This document shows positions 27,490 to 36,354 of a DNA stretch of 64,000 nt, one piece after another (position 1 is the stretch's first letter; each line of letters opens with the position of its first letter). A program made the translations under genes and the position numbers. The notes beneath the pieces were generated by a model. The model saw only the letters and a program-made list of their open reading frames with translations, was not told where the DNA came from and ran no database searches. Where the stretch lies: positions 31,970 through 95,969 of the forward strand of contig JAQGDQ010000785.1 of NCBI GenBank assembly GCA_030141605.1, given 5' to 3'. This DNA comes from Tubiluchus corallicola. Taxonomy: Eukaryota > Animalia > Priapulida.

Positions 27490-30400
27490 TAAGATTCAAG
27501 GCTACAGCTCGGACGACGGAACCATTTGCGGCGATCTATACATCAAACGAAAAGTGTCGATCTAGTGTCTGGAAGGAACGGGGACGAAAACCTCCAAAAA
27601 TGGCCATTTTTCGGCCGTTTTTTTGCAAAACTTATACGTCTGACATCTCAAGAACGGGAATGGGCCAAGGCGGCCATGGATAGATAGCCCGTTCAGCGGT
27701 GGGTGTAGTAGGCATATTTAGAATTTGCGAGACGGCCACGGCGTCCCATAACGGGCGTTTTCCCGGACCCAACTCGCGAATTTTTCGAAATTTTGATCAA
27801 ACAGCCTGCAGAAAAAACGTTCTAGCGACGCCTGGTGGGACTCTCGGAAGGAGATACACGGCTCTTTAGAAAGAGGAAGAACAGGGCTACACGATGATGT
27901 GGGCTATATGTTAGGACAGGTCCATTATTATTATTTTGTTATTTCCTATGTACAAGATATTGAGCAATTCGCTTAAAAAATAACATCACTCCACAATAGT
28001 GCGATATGTGATCAGCTGATAAAGAAGACCAGCTCATAGTGCAATGTGTACTGCTATAATTTTACTGCTACAGAAGTACCAAAAGAGGATACATAAGCAA
28101 AAACTGAAGAGATACCTGGCAACAAAGTAAGCGGGTAGAGCAAAGAAAGCAAGAACTATTTAATTGAGAAAAACAGTCAAGCAAGCTAGAGTAGATTAGA
28201 TTAGATTAGATTTATTGACTAACAATTACAAATACACAGAGAAAGAACTTAACAAGGAGAAAATTAGTCCAGCAAGAACAATAGTCAAATTGATCATGTA
28301 ACAATTAAAATAACTTCAAACAATCAGATACAAAACTAATGACTAGCTTAGTATCCTGGTGAGTGAAAATATTTAGTAGAGATGTTAATATCGTTAAAAA
28401 CAGTCTTGTTTCTGGCATATGCAGTTTTTTCAATAGCACGTGCTCTTCATCTTGAACTGCACCGTTAGCACAGAGTGCACAGTCACATACGAGCGTATGT
28501 CTCGGCCTATGCCTCCATCTTCCAGTTTCTATGAGTCTATGAGCGGATAACGTGCAATGAGTCCATCAAATTCTATCCTCTTCTGACAAACCCAGAGTAG
28601 ACTTTGAATACAATGGAAGAGACTTAAGTGAAGGATTCGTTGTTCTATAAGTTACCAAGCGGCTTCTTTCAGATATGCGAACACGCTCTGAACGGTTCAC
28701 CTTGTCTGGATGCTGTGGATGAAAACTTCTAACTACACTCCATTGTCACACAAGCAAGAACACGTTATATTTACATGATTGTCAGAATGGAAGATTTAAA
28801 GTGACTGCGTCATCAATCAATCGGGTGGAATGATTCAGTTTCAAAAATAAGTTCAACAATATGGACATTTTTACACAGCAGACATATTTTTACTCTTCTT
28901 GTTATTCCCACCATCCATCTCAACATCCTCATCTCCACCACACCCATTTTCTTCTCTTCGGTCTTCTTTAGAGAAGCTGCTTCCAGCCCATAGATTAGAG
29001 CGGGTCTGACTACTTCTCACCGACTCATTCATAGCAGGTTTTGGCGCAGTTTTACAGGCGAATGCCCTTCCTGACCCTAACCCTCCCTATTTATCCGGGC
29101 TTGGGACCGGTATTAAGTTAGGCTGGCTTCCGCCCCCCCCCCCCAGTGGCTAGGTTTAACAAGAAGCGATAAAATTAGAAATAATAATATCAGAGGAACA
29201 GTAAAAGTAGTGGAAGCCTCGCAAGATTGCGATGGTATGGACACCTGAAAAGAAGAGTCGGTGAAGATCATGTGGAAAGGGAAGACATAAATGAAGAGAA
29301 GGTAAACAAGAGGAAGGCGTGGAGAAGACTCATTCACAACGGCGACCCCACGTAGGGAAAAGCTGGGAAGAAGAAGAAGAAGAAGACATATTTTTACTCT
29401 GTCATTTAAGTGAGTCAAAAAATCATCTGAAATTTAAAATAAACTGATAATTTTTCTTCCGTAATTAGCTCGTGATCTCCGCATGACTATTATAAAGTGA
29501 TTAGTTTACATACCTTCTTGTTTAAGACACGAAATCAAATCACCAACAATCCAGTTGCTGTCAAAGTTTGGAGCGTGAACAAGAGTTCCTATTAGAGAGA
29601 CAACTTGCACACGAACATGTGATTCTTTCTCCTTGTAGAAATGGTCTAACAGCTGCCTAAATTAAGAAAACAATTCAGGTCATTTTGAAGCACAAGAAGA
29701 CACTCTTAATAAACAAACCTTAAAAAATTTGTCGTGAAATTTTATATCACTACATGCTGTGCTATTGCATATCAGGGCTGTGGATTCCTAGAGTCGGAGT
29801 CGGCAGTGAATCTACTGCTAAAGGAGTCGGATTTGTTAAAACTTAGAGTTTTGAAGTTGGAGTCAGGACTCGGAAGTACACTTTTTGTTAGAGGATTCGG
29901 TGTTAGAGTCGGTAAAAACAGACAAAACCTCAAAATCCAGTTACTTTTAACTTTTAACACATAATGTCCCTTTAGGAATGCTTTCATATTGGTTTTGTAT
30001 GCAGGGAGACTGTTTTTCGAACATAAGAAGTAACTATGAAATGCTACTGTAGCTAAATATTAGGAGTAACATAAACTATTACTTAAAGGCAGGAGTCGGA
30101 ATTGGAGTCAGGAGTTAGTGCTTCTAAGATTTTAGAAGTCGGAGTTGGATTTAAAATTTCATGAGCCGGCGGAGTCAGTTGGAGCCAGCGTTAGGAGTTT
30201 AATGTACTGACTCCACAACCCTGCTGCATACAGGGCTTGCATAAGCAGTAACGCTGTATAAAACTTGTAAATTTAAACTCCCACGATCATTGCTGGGCGC
30301 ACCCATTTTGACGGCAGGTCATGGGAAACAAGTTTAGATAACATTACATAAAGTGCGAAAAAATAATCAAAGCATTCGCAACATTTTTACTTCAACTAAA

Positions 30401-32929
30401 CATAACTTTAAATTACTTTATATTATCAGTAATATCAAGAAAGAGGTTTTTGTTTTGGTGAATCTTTGGTACTCAGATGACAAAATTATTTTCAATTATT
30501 AAAATTTAATTACATAAATCTTTCAAATACTTAACCGCAAGTTAAGTAACATAACTGCTAAGTAACGTAACTTTGTGTAGAAAGTTTTTTTTGTGATGTA
30601 CTCTAATATTCCCTTTTCTTCCCCATAAATCTGCAGGAAAAACATTTAATTCTGATCTACTTTGCATTTATTATAAAAAAACTTTTTCCAAGCTTATACG
30701 CATGCTATGTGTACTCTGCCAATGCACAGATGTCTCAAATTCTTGTATCTAACTGTTAATTTCTAACAGAATGAGCTGAATACAAGCACGATCAGGTTTA
30801 CTTATGCACTAAAAGACTACCCAACGTTCGCTTACCTTAATAACGTTTCTGGATCAGTTATTTCACTGAATGTCTGATTACGTCGAAAGCGCATCAGTTG
30901 CTCCATAGCCTGCTGGGAGTTGGCGACACTTTGCAAATCAAGACCGGCTGGCAGTGGTAAAGCCTTCTTCCGAAGTCGCAGTTTTTTGAGCGGGGGTTGT
31001 GCAGCATCAGCAGCAGAGCTCGTGGTAGGTTCCTCCTGATTAAATGAGGCATAAAAATGAAAGTACAGGCTTCCTACTGATTTTTTTAAAAACTTAAATC
31101 TTTTTAAAGGTGAAATGTTTCAATGACAGCTATATAATAGTCTATTAATCAACTTTGCTGCACTTTTCTATATACTCTGTCGCAATGCAGACTGGAATGC
31201 ACTCAAGACTGGACCTACTCAGTGTGTTTGCGGCAGCAGGGCCGGTTTTAAGCCAATGTGACAGATTCGTTCAAATTAAGCCCTGCGCCAAGAAGGGCCG
31301 GCAAACATGCTCGAGCTGAAGACTCTATGATGAATTAATCAGTGTTCAGTGTGCACGAAGTTTCTTAGTTCTCCTCGTGTATCTATATTTCAATTTTTTG
31401 CTGATCATTAGTTTATTGTTTTGTAATTTTAATTTATCTTCTGCATTTAGAATGTACATGAAGAAACAATATGTATCTTGACATGTAACGCAACATTAAA
31501 TATTTCATAAAGGTTTTCAATTTCTAGTATGTATCACTGTCACTAATGGTAGAACCTCAAGCCTTCAGCACTTTTTGGCTGGGATTAGCGTACTACAGAA
31601 AGCAAGTGGCGGCTCACAGGTAAAATCAGTAGGGGTGCTGCTTCAGAGAATTACATTTAGAAACGTTGTTGGCATCCAGTCTTGGAAGACAATGGAGAGA
31701 GTCAGTTATTGATCACATTGAAGGAGCTACAGCGCCGACTGTGGCTGAGCAGTGTTTCCAGGGCGCACGCCTGGGCAAGGTGTATGGAGATCCTGAGTTG
31801 CCCAGACAACAGGAGCCCCCTCTCTTCCTCCCTGGTGTAGTCCGGAGCGATACGTTTGGCACCAGGTTGGCTGCAGAAGCTGCCGGAGTCAGTGAGCATG
31901 CTGTACTGGTCCGCCTTCGGGGCTCCACTCCTGATTTGGAAGGTTTATTCCTCTACACATGGCTGTTGGGTCACTTGACCTCCTCCACCCTCTAACCGTT
32001 GGCTGCATGTGCAGCTCCTCCGCCTAGTGTCGAGATACAGTGTGGGGATCCCGCAAGCCTACAGCACCTGGTATTCCTAGACGGTAACCTATCCAAGTAC
32101 TAACCAGGTTCTACGTTGCTTAACTTCGGTGATCAGACGAGAACCGGTGTTTTCAACGTGATTTGGCCTTAGAAACATTAACTCACCTCTAAACAGCAAA
32201 CAGGAAAAACAAAACAACACGTTTTTATTTCACAGCCGCAAAGCCAACTTTTTCATTGGTACCATTCAGAATTATAGCTACAAATGTACTTCTTGTTGTT
32301 GCCCATTCCTAGCTGAGATATTTGAGTATTAATGGGCAGGATAAAATATCAATCTTTGGCTTTTGTAAGGTAGAGGGCCCCACCAACAATTTTCTAATGG
32401 AGCCCTGCACTTCCTAGCACCGGCCCTGTGCGGTAGTGACCGGTGCCTAGCTAATCATTGAGGATGTCCTTCTAAAATCAGCCAATGAATAACAGGCAGA
32501 TATGCATACGGACAACATGAATACAGCTGAGGAAAAAAATGAGATGATGAAAAAGAGGATTAAAAGAATAATAAAAATAAGTTTATAAAGAAGAGGAGAA
32601 TTCAGAACTACATTGCTGAGGACCACTACGAAGTTTAATAAAAACACACATGAATTTAGCACTTTCTCGGCATTTAGAACACATAACTTTATTATTTTTC
32701 AACAGAAGTAAACTTACATTTGGGCATACTCTAAAAAGGCACTGTTACCGAACAGTAGATAATAAAATAGATACAGCGCCATAAGTCACTTTATTCAAAA
32801 TAGCTCAGTTTCAACTAGAATTTCATCTTATTGCCAATTTACACTTTAAGACATTAAAAAGAAAAATTTGCATACTTGGATCACTTGCGTATACTCCGCT
32901 ACAGCTCTTTTCTTCAACAGTGCTGCCAT
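6395..32929 (-). CDS. INTS4: Integrator complex subunit 4, complete, 18 coding exons, 2865 nt (about 954 aa)
   Basis: Starts [18 protein letters not shown]; contains INTS4 signatures [80 protein letters not shown]. All exon phases are mutually consistent. Confidence 0.96.
6742..7372. mobile_element. MITE
   Basis: TIR CAAAACCGTCCATAAGTC / GACTTGTGGACGATTTTG. Confidence 0.6.
7918..8038 (-). CDS. INTS4: INTS4 exon 17
   Basis: [18 protein letters not shown]...[15 protein letters not shown]. Confidence 0.9.
8155..8390. repeat. (GA)n polypurine microsatellite
   Basis: Long GA/GGA-rich run inside INTS4 intron 16. Confidence 0.95.
8449..8746 (-). CDS. INTS4: INTS4 exon 16 (GC donor)
   Basis: [12 protein letters not shown]...[14 protein letters not shown]...VRIK; donor AAG|GCAAGT. 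Confidence 0.9.
8891..9894. mobile_element. hAT-type MITE with tandemly amplified right terminus
   Basis: Ends TAGGATTGAGATAGTT and AACCATCTCAGCCTTA; perfect 8-bp TSD ATTACAAG at 8883-8890 and 9895-9902. Confidence 0.82.
9237..9894. repeat. 34-bp minisatellite, about 19 copies
   Basis: Unit CCGTCTCAGCCTTAGYGTTGGCATAAACGGTTAA, containing the palindrome ACGGTTAACCGT. Confidence 0.95.
10262..10400 (+). mobile_element. tRNA-derived SINE fragment
   Basis: A-box CAGCTCAATGG and B-box GGTTCAACTCC, followed by a GTCATACCAAA body; no intact cloverleaf. Confidence 0.6.
10555..10745 (-). CDS. INTS4: INTS4 exon 15
   Basis: [15 protein letters not shown]...MKSLQR. Confidence 0.85.
12055..12229 (-). CDS. 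INTS4: INTS4 exon 14
   Basis: [18 protein letters not shown]...FLAEK. Confidence 0.85.
12258..13059. mobile_element. Tc1/mariner-pogo type MITE containing a 25-bp array
   Basis: TA-CAGTGGAACCTCGA left end; degenerate TCAAGGTATCACAG right end. Confidence 0.65.
12421..12781. repeat. 25-bp CpG-rich minisatellite, about 14 copies
   Basis: Unit ACGCGAACGCTTTGTTGTGCGCAAC. Confidence 0.96.
13088..13474. mobile_element. MITE with compound TIRs
   Basis: AATAAGCCTTT...AAAGGCTTATT termini, an inner inverted pair AGGTCAAAGGTTAAGT/ACTTAACCTTTGACCT, and GTTTTG on both flanks. Confidence 0.7.
14559..14710 (-). CDS. INTS4: INTS4 exon 13
   Basis: [10 protein letters not shown]...LSLLRLSLR; open frame with phases matching both neighbours. 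Confidence 0.8.
15230..15908. mobile_element. Kolobok-like non-autonomous DNA transposon (TTAA TSD)
   Basis: TTAA|AGGACAAGAAAA...TTTTCTTGTGCT|TTAA; partial second copy at about 51950-52340. Confidence 0.75.
15965..16098 (-). CDS. INTS4: INTS4 exon 12
   Basis: [12 protein letters not shown]...[17 protein letters not shown]. Confidence 0.93.
16099..17694 (-). other. U12-type (minor spliceosome) GT-AG intron in INTS4
   Basis: 5' splice site GTATCCTTAT (consensus RTATCCTT); branch-like TTCGTTTAC about 10 nt before the AG; no long polypyrimidine tract. Confidence 0.85.
16620..17045. mobile_element. Interspersed repeat with hAT-like end AACATCCCTG; second copy at about 60655-61093
   Basis: Shared blocks such as ATATTTCGGTTGATTG and ACAGTCATCAGCACTGAAGATA. 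Confidence 0.65.
17695..17810 (-). CDS. INTS4: INTS4 exon 11 (followed by U12-type intron)
   Basis: [38 protein letters not shown]; donor GTATCCTT. Confidence 0.93.
18014..18241. repeat. 30-bp AT-rich minisatellite, about 7.5 copies
   Basis: Unit TTATTGAGTTACTCTGATTTAAATTTAATT. Confidence 0.95.
18678..18820 (-). CDS. INTS4: INTS4 exon 10
   Basis: [14 protein letters not shown]...[13 protein letters not shown]. Confidence 0.93.
20191..20490. repeat. Nested tandem duplication (31 bp within about 150 bp) of the INTS4 exon 9 3' end and donor
   Basis: 20191-20339 copies 20340-20490 with a 2-nt deletion and a couple of substitutions. Confidence 0.93.
20392..20597 (-). CDS. INTS4: INTS4 exon 9
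   Basis: [12 protein letters not shown]...[17 protein letters not shown]...LETVLAVLQ. Confidence 0.94.
21354..21528 (-). CDS. INTS4: INTS4 exon 8
   Basis: [10 protein letters not shown]...[15 protein letters not shown]. Confidence 0.95.
21620..22078. repeat. 64-bp minisatellite, 7 copies
   Basis: GTCACTGGG recurs at 21641, 21705, 21769, 21833, 21897, 21961 and 22025. Confidence 0.95.
22549..22738 (-). CDS. INTS4: INTS4 exon 7
   Basis: [21 protein letters not shown]...[15 protein letters not shown]. Confidence 0.94.
22731..23104. repeat. 34-bp tandem array, 11 copies, built from the INTS4 exon 7 acceptor
   Basis: Unit CAACCATCCTGCAAACACGACTTAAGCATAATGT. Confidence 0.97.
23751..23890 (-). 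CDS. INTS4: INTS4 exon 6
   Basis: [11 protein letters not shown]...[15 protein letters not shown]...YPE. Confidence 0.92.
24731..24898 (-). CDS. INTS4: INTS4 exon 5
   Basis: [17 protein letters not shown]...[14 protein letters not shown] (HEAT repeats). Confidence 0.92.
27260..27366 (-). CDS. INTS4: INTS4 exon 4
   Basis: [16 protein letters not shown]...LMEVAKK. Confidence 0.88.
27428..27920. mobile_element. (TA)n run followed by a CpG-rich interspersed element, possibly Helitron-like
   Basis: Abrupt GC/CpG-rich block of about 430 bp starting from TATATATAAG; no ORF; family assignment tentative. Confidence 0.45.
28897..29383. mobile_element. RTE-clade non-autonomous retroposon with inverted 5' half
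   Basis: Minus-strand [12 protein letters not shown]...[13 protein letters not shown] continues on the plus strand as [13 protein letters not shown]...RLRWYGHL; (GAA)n tail; 17-bp TSD AGACATATTTTTACTCT. Confidence 0.85.
29514..29656 (-). CDS. INTS4: INTS4 exon 3
   Basis: [23 protein letters not shown]...CLKQE. Confidence 0.9.
29773..30223. mobile_element. hAT MITE with GGAGTC subterminal repeats
   Basis: CAGGGCTGTGGA...TCCACAACCCTG; TSD TTGCATAT/CTGCATAC (6 of 8 match). Confidence 0.75.
30836..31035 (-). CDS. INTS4: INTS4 exon 2
   Basis: [24 protein letters not shown]...DPETLLR; AG/GT flanks. Confidence 0.88.
31237..32428. mobile_element. hAT-type non-autonomous element hosting the SINE3
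   Basis: TIR CAGGGCCGGT...ACCGGCCCTG; 8-bp TSD TGCGGCAG/TGCGGTAG. Confidence 0.8.
31665..32168 (-). mobile_element. 5S rRNA-derived SINE (SINE3) with GC-rich body and CAACAAC tail
   Basis: 32054-32168 on minus is a near-complete metazoan 5S sequence lacking the oligo-T terminator, fused to a body of about 390 nt; perfect 8-bp TSD TTAGAAAC at 31657-31664 and 32169-32176. Confidence 0.88.
32876..32929 (-). CDS. INTS4: INTS4 coding exon 1
   Basis: [18 protein letters not shown], donor GTATGC. Confidence 0.92.
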
Positions 32930-34346
32930 CTTTCACGCACAAGTTAGTACTGGTCTTGTTAAAGCTGCTTCAAATACCAACTTTATATAGAATTTCCTAA
33001 AAATCACAAAATAATGTTCTTAAGTTAATTTTAAACTACAACATATTTCAAATAGATAAGATAGCTATTTATATTTATAAGATAAATATAAGATAGTCTT
33101 AAATTTTGCTTTTATAAATCGATTATGGACCACACTCAAACAGTATAACATTTGTTAACAGTGATCAAGTAGTCATGTGCACATTTGATCGTAGTATCCA
33201 TTCTGCTATGCTTTCGACATGAACAATGGCCGTTTATAAATTCTGTTTTTCGTCCAGCTTCTTCTTTGTGGAATTCTTTACAGCAGTACTCTACAGTATT
33301 CTTTACAGAATTTCCAGCAGCTACTCACCAAAGTTGAACCAAGCATATCAAGAACCGAGCTTCATTTAAAGTCTATAATCATGCGGATCAGCTTAAGCAG
33401 TGTGAGTCAGAAGGATTGGTGGCATCCTGGTGTGGTGACTATGCCAGGTATGCGACCAATCATGACTCTTTGATTAATCTGCAGTCAGAACCACAGACTG
33501 ACAAAGAAACCAAGAAGCCAAAGAAAGAAAGAGGGTTAGATGTGTAAACATGTATAAATTGCAAAGATAAATTTTATATGCGTATTTTTCGCAAATTAAA
33601 TGAAAATCTCAGTATTTTTTTTTGCCAGTGTTTTGTAAAGATGGTCTTGGAATAAAGGGCTGAAATGTAAACATTTTAACCATATCTACATGTTTTACAG
33701 GGCCGTTTGATCACCTCTGGATACCTAAGTTTTTGTTCCTACCACTGCAGTCGCTTTTAGATTACAAACTACTGCTCGTTTTAACATTTATACAAGGACA
33801 CTGTGTGCGTATATATTGTAGTAATAGCACACATGTAATAGTACTAAATACTGTTTAGGTAGGTGCTATAAGAAAGTAGGATTTTACATGCTAAGTGGCA
33901 TTGTACGAGAACTTTTTACTCATAACAGACATGCCTTTAATTTGTTTTGTCTTGTGTTACTCATGCAAATTAGTATAAAATACTGCACAAATCATGACAC
34001 GCATGGGACTTAATGTGTCCCACCCATTTTTAGAACCACTGTGCACAAATAATGATGTACTCTGGAAGCAACAAACTCAATTCAAAACTTACACGACACG
34101 ATGATGGCAATTGATGGTAACAATTTCACGGCACATTGGAAACAGGCAGGCAATTTTAGTACACTGCTTAGGAACAGAAGGGCAACGTTTCACACCTACA
34201 GTTAGTTACACCCCGGAGCAAGTAGACAATAATTACGATCAAGCTAAATGTCAAGCTAAGCAAAATGTCTTCTTAAAAATGTTACATTTTGAGGGAAGAA
34301 TTTTTACAGGAATTAACTCCAGCACAGCTTGTAATAAATTACTCAC

Positions 34347-34489
34347 CTTGTACACCCTCTAAGCAACTTTCACTGCTGCCACTAAGCAACTCTCACTGCT
34401 GCCACTAAGCAACTCACACTGCTGCCCCGCAGTTCAGTTGATTTGCTTGAACTTCTTGTCAAGTCCAACAATTGAAAAATGCTACTCGG
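34347..34489 (-). other. Probable non-coding 5'UTR exon of INTS4
   Basis: Strong acceptor TTTTCCTTCTTATTTCAG and donor CAAG|GTGAGT; stops in all three frames. The ATG exon has its own acceptor (TGATTTTTAG at 32997-32998), and another donor CCAG|GTAAGT lies at 37321-37322. Confidence 0.5.
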
Positions 34490-36025
34490 CTGAAATAAGA
34501 AGGAAAACTGAAACAAAATTTGCACTAATTCCACTCTCGGATGTTTCTTCATTAGTAACTTTGGAGGCCAAATAACTTTTTCTATGGTTCGTGTTTTATA
34601 CAAACTGCTATTTTTGCCATTGCAAAGTATGAGCAACATTCGTTGCATAAAGTTCAAACACATCATTTATGAAACAAAGCATGGAATTAGATATTTTCTG
34701 GTTTTTGTTTAGACTTTAGAGTGTACAAATATATATATCTGCTTAAACTTTCATCATATAGGCAACTAGAGAGAGAATTCTAACTGGTAGAATTTAGTAA
34801 TTTGAAAGTTTTGTAATCATGGGCATTCAAAACCATTGCGAAATAAAAGACTGCAAAAAAATGGACGAACAACTTACAAAAATGAAATTCTTGTAAATCC
34901 ATTTTGTAAAACAATACTCTTAAATTCCTAAATAGCCATTCCGTAGTCTGTAGCATTTTACAGAGTTCTGTCACTATCAGTAACCCGTTATTGCTATGCT
35001 TGTGGAACAATTTCTATTGCCTGTTAGAATCAATAGTAATTTTTCCCAAACTACTTAAAGGATTTAAAAAATGACTTGGCACCCAACCAATAAAGGGGGC
35101 TGAAGATCATGGAGGACTTTATTAAAAAACTACAAATTTTTAAAATGACACATGGGCAGGACTTGTCAGCTCTACCTTGACAAGTAGAAAAACCCACAAG
35201 AAACAGCCTTTTTCAGGACAGACATAGTGCGTAGACGGAGTATGTGGCTCTTAACCTGTATTTTTAGTTTCATTACATAATTTATGATTATTATGAGTTG
35301 CAGCTACGGGAATTTGTGTTATATTATGTAATAATTACAGGCCGACAAATCTGTATTTCATGTATGTTAAGTTGTTAGCTGGTCAACTTGCAACAAAAAA
35401 TAAATTGCTTTCAATATTAAAAATATGTATCAGAATAGTGGTAGAGATGACGATGATAACAAAAATAACACTAGAATAATGGTGGTGATAATGAGTATCA
35501 CATACGTTTGTGATAATAACAGTGATGATGAGTGTTATAGGCCTACAATATAACTTTAAATAATAAAATAAAATTTAATATTTTTTTAGAAACTACAGCA
35601 TCACGAACGACAGCTGAAGCTTCAAACTAATTATAATTATAGGTAGGGCACAGGCCTTAAATAGAATATTTCTAGATCTAAAATGTCATTATAGTGCTGG
35701 GTCATTTTGCAAATTCTTTGCCACTAGTCGTTGTTTTTCTTCAAAAGACTTCCTGAATTTTTTGTTTCTCCTTCACTGTATAGTCATACCCAAGCTGACA
35801 TATAAAAGGAAATTATTTTAGACGACTACAATTATTTATCACTGATTTTATTTATTACTGTAGTATTATTAGATTATAAAATAAAGGCTGTTTTCTTTAT
35901 TTCGTAAATGCGGTTAAGGTAAAAGTGTGTCACGTGCCTTTTAAGTTAGGCCCTGATAATGCGTAAACTAATACGAAATTCATCACGTGACTCCACACAA
36001 GCATGATGGTGATACGAACTGTATA

Positions 36026-36354
36026 CAGTCGACTCTCGTTAAACCGGACCCCGTTAGCCCGGATATCGGATAAGACGGACGTCATCCGTGGTAAAGGAAA
36101 CTGACCGATTTGCGTCCGAGCCCAAGCGCTAAACACAACACGGCCTACCAACTGTACAATAATTTCTTTATCCTCACAGGTTAACTATTTTAAAGTAATA
36201 TACAGTATAGTATATAGTGCAATGTATATACGCCTTATTAAGGTGATTATTCCTGTATAATATAGACCATATATAGGCATATCGGATAAATACGACAATC
36301 GGCTAAACCGGACCACCCACCCCCCAATTAGTCCGGTTTAACGAGGGTTGACTG
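36026..36354. mobile_element. Tc1/mariner-pogo MITE
   Basis: TA|CAGTCGACTCTCGTTAAACCGGAC...GTCCGGTTTAACGAGGGTTGACTG|TA. Confidence 0.88.

Noticed and set aside
31666-31995. 109-aa GC-rich ORF
   Set aside because: Antisense reading of the SINE3 body; no protein family recognised.
32054-32168. Functional 5S rRNA gene
   Set aside because: Lacks the first nucleotides and the oligo-T terminator, carries several substitutions, and is fused to a SINE body within TSDs.
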